DNA of 62,778 nucleotides, the filler included, from Sphacelaria rigidula (taxonomy: Eukaryota): NCBI GenBank assembly GCA_964200075.2. It is 9 parts of 9 records of this genome, joined end to end, with 100 filler letters (N's around TTAATTAATTAA, not from the genome) between each part and the next. Parts side by side here need not be neighbours in the genome. Positions count along the whole stretch, not along the records: positions 34,937 to 41,822 come from CAXNAA020017576.1; positions 41,923 to 48,808 come from CAXNAA020017577.1; positions 48,909 to 55,793 come from CAXNAA020017578.1; 6 more parts are not named here. One strand, written 5' to 3'. Below, in pieces: positions 36,950 to 49,325 of the stretch; positions within the stretch are counted from its first letter, which is position 1, and each line of letters starts with the position of its first letter. The notes under the pieces are model-generated. The model made no database searches, was not told where the DNA came from, and saw only the letters and a program-made list of their open reading frames with translations. A program made the translations under genes and the position numbers.

Positions 36950-39900
36950 TCAATAGTACGGGAACCATCGAAGGCGGACGAATAGTTCGGTGAAGTGATG
37001 ACCCGATACGATTCTATCATCTCCAGACACTGGGGAACCCCTCGATAATGCCTCCAGATGCCAATCGCTGGTGCACGACCTTTTAACATGGTACTGGAAG
37101 TTGGTCGAAGGCGTGCCAACTCCTCGCTCATGACCATCGATGGCATCGACCGTGTAGGGACCCTGCTTGACAACAGGAAGGGAACCTTCGAGGTCTGGGA
37201 CTGGCAACGGTTGTACCTAGAACAATGTCACAGACTGAAAGATCGGGGACGGATGAGTTGGGGGGTGTGAGGTCCTTTTTCGACCCTCCGATGAGAACGG
37301 TGATATGACATTTATCGCCGTTTTTAATGACGCGATAAATGACTGGGGACTGGGAACGGACCGTACATGGACCGCGCCACGGGCTGATTAGTTTGGGATT
37401 TGGACCATCAATCGCCGTGTAGCGACGTTGGAGCCGGACTTGCTCTCCCATTTTGAATTAGGGAAATGACAACTTAGCATTGACGGATGCTTGTGACACA
37501 GCTCGTTCTTTCAGATTACGTCGGGCTACCTCATACGCGAGTTGTAAACGCTCGACGGTCTGCGTAGAATACTCTGACGGTTACTGCGGAGCCGATGTCG
37601 ATGGGTCACCGAGAAGGACATGTACTGGTAACACTGCAGGGCGACCAAACATGACCAATTGGGGCGTTTCTTGCAGCGTAGTAGAATAGGCAGTACTATG
37701 TGCAAGTTGTACGAAGGGCAAAAAATCAGCCCAATTGCGACACGCGATACTACTGTTCACGGCGAACATGTTGTAGACGGTACTGTGAACACGCTCGAAG
37801 ACGGAGTTGCCTTGGGGACGGTAGGCAGAGGTAAGAGTTTTCTTGTACTCAAAGATATTTTGAAATTATTTGACAATATGGTTTTCAATCCCCTTGCCTT
37901 GGTCTGAATTCAACATTTCTGATGGACAGAAGGCACGATTGATACGTGTGACTAGCTGACGGGCTAAGGTAGTCGCGAGGGTCTCAGGCACAGCTACTAA
38001 AACAACACACCGACTTATAGTGGCAAATGGTAGACATGATGCACGGGTTACCCCGAGACAGGGTTTTATCCCCGACTAAGTCTACTGCTCACACTGAAAG
38101 ACGCGGGTGACTCCCCGATGTCCCATGGGGAGCTGCGGTGTGCGGCGACGCGTTTTACGGTGTCGACAAGACTGACAATAGTCGATGTGCTCTTGCACAC
38201 CGGTATGAATGGAGAGCCACCAAATTGATTGATTTATTGATTGTCGCACTTTAACTGACCCCCCAGGGGTCCAGCCGTGGTCTCATGATAGTCGTACTCA
38301 AGAAGAACGAAACTGAAACACGCTCTGGAGAAAATAAGGAATATAAGAAAAAAAAGTCGAAGAGAACGACATAGTAGACCAAGTCGTGACAAAAAATTAT
38401 GGAAATAAAAAAAAGTCAACACAAGCAAAGCACAGAAAGAAATGGCCGACCTAAAACAGAAGGAGAGGAAAGTACAGAGCAAATAAAATAAAATACAATA
38501 AAATGATGAAAAAAAAAGAACCAGCACCGGTCTCTATTCCGGTCAAAGTGGCTTTGACGGCAAGGTGATCGCGTGACGCGGGTTAATCATGACACGCACG
38601 AATGACAAACGAGCGGAGTGCGATGGGTACTTCCAGCTGATCACGGGTATCCGATCGCTTTCGCAAGTTACCCGGTAGGTATGACCTGAAAAATAGCCCT
38701 TCAAAAAGGAAAAAATGACTCATCGAGTACTTGGTTTCTTCACGTGGGAGCGGACTACACTCCGGTTCACGCAGGTGGGCAGAATATTGACTGGACTCTG
38801 ATTCCTGTTGGGCGGTAAACTGGTCGGGATCAACAAGCGAAAAGACTGACACAGCACTCGCGACTAAATCGCGCCTCGACGGGGGCGATATCATCCAAGT
38901 TGTGATCTGAGACCTCAAACTCAGAGGGTGACGGTGAATGATGCGGTTGATCGTCGGGGACATTCCGACAAGTTGTCGCAAGGCGAGGTGTCGAGACAAT
39001 ATCCTCACCCTTAGTATCACCAAACAGACGTGACAACACATCAGGTACGACATTTAGTTACCCGGGACATGATTTACCGTATAATCAAAGCTTTGCACTT
39101 GAATCGACCAATGGGTCAGCATGTTACTGGTTTCCTGCATCTGATAATGATGACAGAGCGCTTGATGATACGTGTAGACCGTAAAATGTCTACCCCACAA
39201 GTACGGACGAAATGCATAAGCGTGGAGACTACGCCGCAACATTCTTTCTTCATTGGACTATAGTGACGCTGAGACTCGAAAAATGTATACTAAAGCACGC
39301 GATAATGCTGACATTATCGAGGGACTTAGGGTTCGAGGTGGTGTTACCAAGAAAACCACCCAGAGCAACCTCTGAGGCGTCTGTATGTACCACGAACTCT
39401 TATGTGGAATCATCAAGACTGGTGCAACGGTTAACGCTCGTTCGATGGGGTCAAAAGCTGCAGACTGTTCAGGACCCCAAGCTTTCAAGAAGTTATTTTC
39501 TTTTCACAACCGTTTTGTGCGAGAGCCACGAGGGGACCAGTAATTTCGGCGCCATCTTTGATATAACGCCTGGCAAAATTCATTATACCTAAAACTGACC
39601 GAAGTTGTTCGATTGACTTGGGGGGCTCGAGGTCACAGATGGCTTTAATGCGGTCTTTACCGATGGAGACACCTTTGGCAGTTATGACGTGACCTAGATA
39701 CGTGACTTCCTTGGGACCGAACTGAATTTTGAACGGTGCAGCTTGGTCAGACCTGCTGCTTGTAAGACGGAAAACATGAGACGGAGGGACTTGCGGTGTT
39801 CGTCAAATGTGTTACTGATGAAACATATCATCTATGTAAGACAGTATACCAGAATCTGGACCCAGATGTCCGAAAACAATAGACATCATACGTTGATATA

Positions 39901-41300
39901 ACCAAGGGGCTGATACGACACCAAACGACATGCGTCAGAACATAAATGTATCCGGACGGGGTAGTGAAAGCTGTCATGCCTATATCCTCAGCTGCGACAG
40001 GAAGTTGCCAGAAGGCCGACATGGCGCCCGCGACAGGGATAAAACGAGCACTGCCGACAGCGTTCAAACACGTATCCATATTGAACAGGGACCAAGATTG
40101 ACGGATTAGATACGTGTTGAGGGTGTTACGATCATTAACGCAAAATCTCGGTGAGCCATCTTTTTTTTCGCGACGATACATGACGGGAAGCCCCAGGCGC
40201 CAGGGCAATCTTGAATTTTTTTCCATGCTTCTGCTGTACGGGGGTTGGAACGGTACGGTGGTTTATCAACAGGGACGTTATTTTCGGAGACAGGAAAAGT
40301 AGCTTCCGCCACGGTTTAAGTACCAAGCTGGTGCATAGACGATGAAAACACCGGCCGGAATTCGGCACACGAGTCCCAAACACGGTTCTGCTGGTTCACT
40401 GTGAAGATAGAACCATGAAGAAACTCTTTACGATAGCCCCCCCCCAAAAAACAAAGTGGCTGGTTTGAGGAGGCAAAATCTACACGTAAATCGAAATAAA
40501 AAAAGCCGAGCACATCAAGCAGCTGGGAATTCCATGCTTGGGTTCGTTTTCGCCAATGCCGCTAATACGATGCGCTTCATGCAGCCTGAAACCGAACATT
40601 AGGCCCTGTATGGCCATTTTCTTCGGAACAGTTTTGGGCTGGTTTCGGGGGGGGAATATCGTAGATGCTATCTGAAAAGCAGGAGGCAGGGGTTCTTGAA
40701 GATCATCCTTAGCTTTAAGCAACTCAACGGGAGTGGAGGGACTTTTGGCTACTGCACGTGCGTGCGGTTGAGCAGGATGGACGACATTGAGAATGTACGG
40801 GGTACCAGGAACCAAGCCTATGGGTAACGACACGGCTTCAGACGACGTGCTTGCAACTTGGACTACTACAGAACCATTTAATACTGACCAGTGAGACAAA
40901 GTACGCGCAACTGTCAACGACTCAAAAGCGACGGAACGGTCTACCACTGACATTTCATCCGCTGTGACCAATCGGGGGTCAACGACGACGGTACAGTCAC
41001 GGATAGGGCGGCAGTCTGTAAACGCCAAAAGGAGTGCCTCGTAAAGTGGTTCGACCGTGGCGCGTTCTAGCAAGGTGACGAACATTTATTGAGCATCGAC
41101 GTGTACTGCTACTCCGGTAGACTGTGTTTTGCTTGAAGGCGGGAGTGACTGTTGACAACGGTATACTGTGGGAATACTTTGATTTCCCGTTGAAAATTCG
41201 ACCAGTTCAGTGTAGCGCCGAATTTTCACATGCTGTCGTTAAGAAGTAAATATTCAGGACCTAATGACGGGACAACAAGCGCTTCGACGCGACGGCCAAG
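36950..41300 (-). mobile_element. decayed Ty3/Gypsy LTR retrotransposon pol (protease end, RT, RNase H, integrase, chromodomain-like end), many stops and frameshifts
   Basis: KKDGSPRFCV, SAFWQLPV..ED...TAFTTPSG, YIDD (39827-39838), HTDASEVALGG, FRPYLWGRHFTVYT, H-H-C-C zinc motif, WADFLPFVQLAHST...TP.LVMFGR, KLISPWRGP; order RT-RH-IN. Confidence 0.92.
38223..38519. mobile_element. A-rich insertion inside the integrase zinc-binding domain
   Basis: removing it restores ...RDRCWWLS...; flanked by ACCA at 38219-38222 and 38520-38523. Confidence 0.6.
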
Positions 41301-41822
41301 TTTTGTTTTTTTGGAACATTTTGTACTGTTAATGTTCAAGTATAGCAGTGGAAATAACTCAACTGGTGTGCCAGCTTGTTAGCTTGTCAGCTTGAAGCTG
41401 AGTGTGCAATTCCATTTATTGGCTTAACGGAAAAGTCTAGGTCAAATGTTTTTTCATTTAACGATCAAGCGAACCAATATTTCGGACTATTTTTGGACCA
41501 TTGTGCCGTAGAGATTCAGGGTCTATCGCGAGATTTGACTTTTAGACATAACCTCGTTTCAGGTTACTTGAAGTGATCTCACACCGACCGTGACTTTTTC
41601 ATGTCGGCGAACCGTTCTTGTGTCAAGAGGACGCACGCGTTGTTATTTTTAGCGCAATTAGCTGGGCCTAGGGCTTAAGACTTAACACCCACGAACGGAT
41701 GGATGGGGGAGAAGTGGTGACCTCATCACCCCCTGAACCATTTGGTGGATGCTATAGCCTTTGCCAGACGATCTGGACAAGAGGGCTATTCAGTGAGGGA
41801 CTTCTCCAGAATCCACTGGCCT

Positions 41823-41922
41823 NNNNNNNNNNNNNNNNNNNNNNNNNNNNNNNNNNNNNNNNNNNNTTAATTAATTAANNNNNNNNNNNNNNNNNNNNNN
41901 NNNNNNNNNNNNNNNNNNNNNN
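41823..41922. other. artificial contig spacer
   Basis: same 100-nt linker. Confidence 0.98.
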
Positions 41923-42335
41923 GAGACGGCGCACCGTTCCTACTCCTAATGGAGACACCTCCAACATTCCGGCGCTCAATACGTTTCTTTCGTAGCTCGT
42001 CACGTTTCTTCCATACATTGCACAAAAGCCTTTTACATATCCTATCTCCGTCCTGGAGAGGGGGGACGAAATAGTCAGTACGTGTCCGGGCAGTGCATCG
42101 TGCGACTGTCAGTGAAATATCATGTAGCAAGCCCATGCCGTCATCAGAGTCTTCTCTCGGCGAATAGATGGATATGTGTATGTTTGTCATTACTTTTGAA
42201 GACTGCTGTGATAAGACGGTTGGTTACTGGTACAGTGGACCGGGCTAGAGTGCAGACAATATAGTAGTAGGTAAGGTGGTGCAGATTTTCTTCTCGAGTT
42301 CGCATTGTCAGGGATCCTTTATCGCATCCAAAGTT

Positions 42336-42420
42336 GCCGGTCGCCCCGGTGGCTAAGTTGGTCATCTCGAAGTCATCTCAAGGTTGGGCCGTGGGTTCGA
42401 ATCTCGGTGCAGTCACACGA
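42336..42420 (+). mobile_element. tRNA-derived SINE-like repeat
   Basis: A-box TGGCTAAGTTGG and B-box GGTTCGAATC, but no intact cloverleaf; homolog at 12895-12970. Confidence 0.6.
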
Positions 42421-42468
42421 TCTGGAAAATTCCAATTTTCAAATTGGTTGTTATCTCAGGCCATTTAA

Positions 42469-42568
42469 CCCTTAGACCGCGAGGTAAGTCTTCTGTTGAA
42501 TCGGCATCAATTTCAAGTGAATAAAAAAGTATGCATGATCCAGAAAGACTAATACCGCGGTCTAAGGG
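42469..42568. mobile_element. 100-bp piggyBac-type MITE
   Basis: TTAA|CCCTTAGACCGCG ... CGCGGTCTAAGGG|TTAA: perfect 13-bp TIR and TTAA target duplication. Confidence 0.9.
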
Positions 42569-43739
42569 TTAAAGCGGATTCTGAAAAATGAATTCCACCT
42601 AAAAAATGAGGTTCAAGTGGCATTTCTCTTTTGCAGGGATGACGCGAAACACTTACGACCGGGCGAAGCCATCTTCCCTCCCAAATGTCCGCAGCAGTTA
42701 AACAGCTGTGGCTAGGTGCACCTAACGAATGCGGTGTACACGTGTTTTCGATGACGATACCACCAGAGAGAGAAGCAACGACGGAGAGGAAGCTCCTCGC
42801 CGGTGTCCTCTGTGTGTTCTCGCTCGGCGATTACCAATCGCTCGAGAGACTGGCATCGTGGATGTTACCAGCATGTACCCAATTTCTCATGTGCCAGAAC
42901 ATCGAGGTGCGGAGAGATTCCGTCTCTTCTTGCATGTGGAGCTAGCTCACCAATGCGAAGATCGATCCCTCTCTGCGTCTCCTTTTGGACAGGACGCGCC
43001 TCTGTGCGCGGAAAAACATGTCGTTGAAAAACAGGGCAATGTTCTCGCCACCGCTACTATTATTTTCTGTCACACATATGCCAGCAAGGGCAGTGGTGCG
43101 GCGAAAACAACAGATATATCCGGTTTGAACTTGGGGGGTGTAATTCGTCGTTGATTTTACCCGACATGTATGTCAGTGATCCTCTGAGTGCCCGACCACA
43201 AGAGCGTGCGAGACACCAGTTGGTGGTGTGTGTGTGAGAGACATCAAACACTTGTGGAGACCTTCTTGACCTGCGGAGTGAAAAAAGATACCTATGGTGG
43301 TGATCCAACTGTTTCTAGCGTGGTGCAGAGGGGTGCGTCCATGCTGCAATCTGGACCACGCGCTGGCTGCGTGAAAAACTCGGTACAGTAGCTTCCAAGA
43401 ATTAATTCCGAGGTGAGGAGGTCACGCATTACAACCTGGGGGGAGATATGACCCCACGAAGAACAAGGGTGCTCTACGATCAACCACTTGTCGTTGCATT
43501 TGACACCCATGCCATCAACCGCCCACCGCATAGGTCTTGTGGTTTTCAAGCAACGCTGGCGGCAGTACGGTAGGCAAACCCGATCATAGCTAGCTTTCGT
43601 CGCTCTACTGGACTGGCTGGCGTCTGCACAGAAGTTCCCCGGCGTAGCAACATGTACCAAATTTCGCAACCTCTGTAAAAGCCAGTTTGGTTTTCCCAAC
43701 TACACAAACATGATTCAAAGGAGTCCCCCTGGGGTCCAA

Positions 43740-45017
43740 TTTGTGTAAGCATCTACCCACTCATCCCAAGTTGCGAGGTCTTGGGTAGTTACTTAACCTC
43801 CTTGTGCCCGAAGGGGTTCGAGATTCGCTTCTGGCCGTCACTCTCAAGTATCGGTTACGAGATCCGTGTAAGCGTCGAGGGCTGTGTCCCTCAGTAAGAG
43901 CTGTAAATGCTTGATACGTCGGCGATTAATTTCTTCCCGCGTCCACTGATCTCGAGTTAATTTCAACTCGTGAGCGGACTGTCGCATTATAGCCTGAATG
44001 TCTTCGGTTGCTAGTCCTCTGAGAACCATGTTAGGACCGAGATCCTTCTGCTTGAGCGTGAAGCGCGGTCTGTGTATTATACTGCCGGTAGTGCTTGATC
44101 AAGTTTGATCTTCCTACGAGGGGGTCTGAGGTTGTGACCCTTGTGATGAAATGTGTCCGACAGGCATGTGAGTCGATGTCTGAGGATTATTGACCACTTG
44201 TTGGTTCGTAGGAGACGCGTAGCCTACGTTGCTCGGGTGAACTTGGGCGGAAATCGGCGAGGCTTGAGAGTGTGTTCCGGGTGAATGATTTAGTACATTT
44301 AATTAACTTACTACATTTTCATTCATCGCTCGGGACAAACGAGGTGGCGTGGTTGGTGCTGGTACCCTGCGAGAGCTTGGCGACGTCGTGTCATTGCTTG
44401 CACAAGCACCGTGACGTAGAGTTACCGAACCACCTCGAACTACGTCTACCTCCGGATTTGCCTGATCTGTTACCGCACTATTGTTCACCTGGTGCACTAG
44501 TTGGACAACGTCGTGCAGAGAAGCCAGCATTCCCTTTGCTCGCAAGGCCCATTCATAAGGATTCGCCCCCCTTTCTGAGTGCTGCTCTACGGGTTTGAGC
44601 GCGAGATGAAGAGCTGCGTCCTTGATTTGTCCGTGGGATGAGTCCGAAAAAGTGACAGCTCTGGTTTAAGAAGACCTGCCGACGTTGTCCGAATCAGCAT
44701 CCGCGACGCTGGTACTGCTATCGTCCTCCTCGCGGAGAACAGTAAAGCGGTTGCCGCTGTCGCTGCCGGCGGTTTGCCTCTGCTGAGGACGTTGGCTCTT
44801 CGCAGGGTTGCACCTGGGGGTCTCCTTCTGCTTGTCCTTATCCATTTTCTTCTCGAGGGGGATGAAGGAACCCCTCGGCGGTTCTCAGGCTTGGAAGAGG
44901 AGGGGGCCCTGGCGGGACCCACTGGCTTTTCTGGAGCCGGTGCATTCGCTACATGAGCAAACGTGGGCTGGACAGGAGACGGCGACGAGGACGCGCCTGC
45001 GCCTGCTGACCCGCCGC

Positions 45018-45068
<51 letters not shown>

Positions 45069-45090
45069 CGTTGTTGCTATTTCTCCTCAT
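43740..45090 (-). pseudogene. degenerate LTR-retrotransposon gag region
   Basis: downstream of LTR+PBS; broken ORFs 44587-45090, 44303-44545 and 43844-44029 (RIKHLQLLLRDTALDAYTDL, gag-like). Confidence 0.55.
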
Positions 45091-45140
45091 GATGAATAAC
45101 GGGGGAAGTTAATTATGCCAAGGGTCTCGCACACTTGTCT

Positions 45141-45155
45141 AAACTGGTGTCGCCA
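45141..45155 (-). promoter_or_regulatory. primer-binding site
   Basis: minus strand LTR end ...CA-T-TGGCGACACCAGTTT; TGG complements the tRNA CCA end. Confidence 0.7.
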
Positions 45156-45156
45156 A

Positions 45157-45451
45157 TGTGAAGGTCGTGAGACTCCCGGTGACGGTAGCAACCGTCGAAG
45201 GTGACCGATGATTTTCCTCGTGTTATGTAGTCAAGGATTGGCCGTAAGTCGTGGGGTTTAGGCAATTAGATCACTCGGCAGAGCTCGACCAGCGCGAGCG
45301 AGTTAGCTGAAAGTGATCCCCAGCGCTTGACCGCAGTTGGCTGACAGATCCTTCTTGCCTTGGGGTCCCAGATCCGGTCGTATAGATATGGGAGTTTCGG
45401 GGCTCCCGAGAATTACTCTTGTAACAACCGATCACTAGATTACACGTCACA
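45157..45451 (-). repeat. 5' LTR (295 bp)
   Basis: TGTGA...TCACA inverted termini adjacent to the PBS. Confidence 0.7.
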
Positions 45452-46889
45452 AAAGGAAATCTCTCCGCACATACTAAAATGACGGTCTCCATACTGTGCC
45501 GAGATCATGGTTCCACTAGGGACCCGAGTGCTCTATGATCAATCACTTGCCGTTGCACTCGTGACCCACGCCATCAACCGGCGACCGCAGAGGTCTTGCC
45601 TAAGAGTACTTTTCAAGCAGCGCTGGTAGCAGTCCATCAGACAAGCCCGGACGAAGCCTGTAGCTAGCTTTCATTGCTGTACTGACCGTCTGTGCAATTA
45701 TCGTGGCATCGAGATTGACAATGATGTAAACGAAATAGTTCCTTTTTTGAAACATTCCACAGGACCAAAACACCTCTCGAGAGCTGCGGGATTGTGCCTT
45801 CTCCGCTCCCCGTCAAGTATCAGAAAACAATGACAGGGTTCTTGGGGGCTCTATGAGACGTTGACGGGCACAGAGAGTTTTCTCCGAATGAAATTCCGCA
45901 TCTTTTTACTTGCGAAGCGTTTATCTGAACAGGTTTCTATTTCGAACGTAAATGTATCTATATCAGTTTGGTTCTACACTGATGCTTTACACCAATCGCA
46001 AAATAGTTTGGTATAGCTGTTTGACAGTATCTCCGCACGTTTGACCGAACCCCAAGCGGGCGCTTTCCCACAGCTATTGAGAGGCGTTTTAATCCTGTGG
46101 AATGAATTAAAAAAACGGAACTGTTTCATGTACAATGAATGTCAATCTCGATGCTACGGTGATTGCACAGACAGTCAGTACAGCAATGAAAGCTAGCTGC
46201 AGGCTTTGTCCGGGCTTGTCTCACGGACTGCTGCCAGCGCTGCTTGAATTTTATTCTTGGGCAAGATCTCTGCAGTCGCCGGTTGATGGCATGGGTCACG
46301 AATGCAAAGACACGTGGTTGATCACAGAGCACTCGGGTCCCTCGTGAAACCATAATCTCGCCCCAGCTTGTAATGAGTGACCTCCTCACATGCAGTTTTT
46401 GGGAAGATACCCGCACCCACGCAACGGGTGCTCCAGATTACAGCATGGCGGCACTCCTATGTTGGGTCATGCCACCAACAGTATGGTAACCGCCAGAGGT
46501 ATCATCTTACACTCCGCACAACGAGAAGGTATCCTCAAGTGTTTGATCTCTCATACATCCCCCCAGCCGGCGTGTGCCAAGCTTTTATTGTCCTCGTCGC
46601 GCACGCACAGGTGCACGGGTGTAATCAACGATGATAATGACACCCCCCAAGTTGCGGTTGGATCTTGTTATTGCCGCAACACCGTCCTTGTTGGCTTTAT
46701 GTGCGACAGAGAACAGTAGCAGTGACGGAAACATCGCCCTGCTATTCGACGACGTGTGCTGCAGCGCACAGAGGCGCGTCCTGTCCAAAATTGAGGTAGA
46801 GAGGATTCGATATCTGCCTTCGTTGTTCAGCACCCCAGACAAGATGAGACGAAGCACCTCGGCACCTCGATGTTCTTCGAGGGTCTGTG

Positions 46890-46982
46890 CTGTGACGGTT
46901 CAAGAGACTACCAACTAGACTACTGACAAGTCAGCGCTGACTTGGTCAGTAGTCTAGTTGGTTGTCTCTTAAACCGTCACAG
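46890..46982. repeat. 93-bp near-perfect palindrome
   Basis: CTGTGACGGTT.AAGAGAC.ACCAACTAGACTACTGAC.AAGTCAGC|GCTGACTT.GTCAGTAGTCTAGTTGGT.GTCTCTT.AACCGTCACAG. Confidence 0.9.
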
Positions 46983-48808
46983 TGCGCAGTATTCCGCCTG
47001 CCGGCACGTGAAACATTGGGTAAGCGCTGTTAACATGATGCCGATTTCTCCAGCGATTGGGAACCGCCGAACGAGGACACAGAAATGACACGGACGAGGA
47101 GCTTTCTCTTCGCCGTTGCTCCTTCGATGATATTTGTCATCGACACGCATGTACACCGCCTTCGTTCCCTACACCTAGTCACATCTGCTGAACTACTACA
47201 GATTTGGGGGGGGGGTATGCTTTCCCTTGGCGTAACTGCTCCGCACCATTCCTGCAAAAAGGTTATGCCGTTGGAACCTCATTTTTGTGTTCAACCTCAT
47301 ATTTGAGAATCCGTTAATAAATTTGGAATACACGCCAGGTGGGGTTGAAGCTTGCACTGCGGATAGCAGTGTGGAACATCCCATCCCCTGACAGGTTCGT
47401 ATTCAATTGTGGCATATACGCTAGATTCCGTCAGATAGCTCAATATTGACTTCCACGTGCAGCACGAGACGTCAGTTGCTCAAATGATGTGAGAGAGCTC
47501 ACAAATCATCTTGACTACACGGAGATATCATAGGGGGCGCGAGGTTCGCGCTGTGCGCCGAGATAAGCTTTTGGGGGGTCGATTTATCAGGGGGGCCATC
47601 GGCATAAAAATGGCCGTAACAGGGTCGTTTCTAATTTAGTATCCTCAGCAGGTTTGACGTTTCTGCTGTCGTGTGAAAGCCCAACATCGATTTTCGTGTG
47701 CCGCAGGAGACGAGCGCTGCTCAAAAGACATAGGAAAGCCCACATGACCATCTTACCTACACAGATACGCGTCGAGTGATATGAGACTCGCACGGTGAGC
47801 TGAGATCGGTGTAAAAATGTAACCTAGCAATGGCGTATTTCATTCAGGATCTGCGGCAGGTTCGGCGTTTCTCCTGTCACCTGTCGTCTGAATACCTACC
47901 ATCGATATTTGCATGCCGCAGAAGACGACCGCGAACAAAAATCATAGGAGGAGAGCTCACGAAATAGTGCTGACTTCAAAAAAATGCATCAAGCGGCGCG
48001 AGATTCGCACTGTTAGTTGAGATCAGCTTTCGAAAGTCAATCGACCAAGCGTGATCCATAAGGACAGTAAAATGACACTTTTTTCTTTCCTATTTTCGCT
48101 AAGGCATAGTCTCCTGTCCGAGCTCCGGAACGTACGAACCTCGTAACAAAGCTGCAGATATGATATGCACATATCCAAGGGACAACAACACGTCGGTTTT
48201 ATATCCTTTTGAGGCAGAAAGGTCCACGAGGAGTATACCGTAGATAGCTCGAGCCGTAGCTCTTACTACTCATCAACTGGGCAAGTCCTCCTTTCAACAG
48301 TCGATTCTAAATTTTGGAGTTAGACACCAAAATGGGGTTCAACCGCAATTTGAAAAATCGAGAATTTACGCTAAACAGTATCACCACGGGAAAGCGTTTT
48401 CGCAAACAGATTTCTGTTGCAGTTACGCCGGTGTAGCTAGGTGCATCAAATGAATATGATGCACACGCGTATCGGTGACGATATCACCAGAGCAGCAACG
48501 GCGGAGAGGAAGCTCCTCGCCGGTGTCCTTTGTGTGTCCTCGTTCGGCGATTCCCAATCGCTGGAGAGATTGGCATCATATTACCAGCACATACCCAGGT
48601 TGCCATGAGTGGGCAGGCGGGTTATTGTAGCACAGCCGCGGAAACAAGATCGCGAGATGACTCGGTTGTCGTCTCCTGTCTATGGCGCTGACTAATGCAA
48701 AGATCGATTCCCCTCTGCCTCTCTGCTTGGATAGGAAGTAACAGCCGATTTTCGAAAATGGGGTTGAAAAACAAAATGAGGTTCAACTCAAAAGCCGTGC
48801 TTTCCCTG

Positions 48809-48908
48809 NNNNNNNNNNNNNNNNNNNNNNNNNNNNNNNNNNNNNNNNNNNNTTAATTAATTAANNNNNNNNNNNNNNNNNNNNNNNNNNNNNNNNNNNN
48901 NNNNNNNN
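48809..48908. other. artificial contig spacer
   Basis: same 100-nt linker. Confidence 0.98.

Positions 48909-48965
<57 letters not shown>
48909..48965 (+). repeat. (TAA)n microsatellite
   Basis: direct reading. Confidence 0.95.
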
Positions 48966-48967
<2 letters not shown>

Positions 48968-49134
48968 TACAAACATAGATCGCACAGCATAAACACGACA
49001 TGCGTCAGACAGACAACACGGCAATACCGCTAAAGATATTTAGAGATTTTGAATTAACGAGCACGTCGACGAAAACGAAAAAGGGGTTGCCTTTCAGCTA
49101 TCATCCCGCATGAGTCACTCGTCAAGTATTGGTC

Positions 49135-49325
49135 AAAAGACAAAATGGGTGCACCCTCCCCCTCTTCAGCCAAAAAACCGCGGAGGTAGTACGCTTGTCG
49201 TCTTTGCGTCAGGATTGCTTTTCTCGAGCGATTTGGGCCTAGCACGGGCAGTTCCAACGTTCACGTTCATCACCACCATATGTTTGGTTGAAGAGGGGGA
49301 GGGTGCACCCAGATTTGTTTGTTGT
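49135..49325. mobile_element. small MITE-like inverted repeat
   Basis: GGGTGCACCCTCCCCCTCTTCAGCCAAA ... TTTGGTTGAAGAGGGGGAGGGTGCACCC. Confidence 0.7.

Noticed and set aside
42336-42420. tRNA gene
   Set aside because: A and B boxes present but acceptor and anticodon stems do not form, and a diverged copy exists elsewhere; treated as a SINE head
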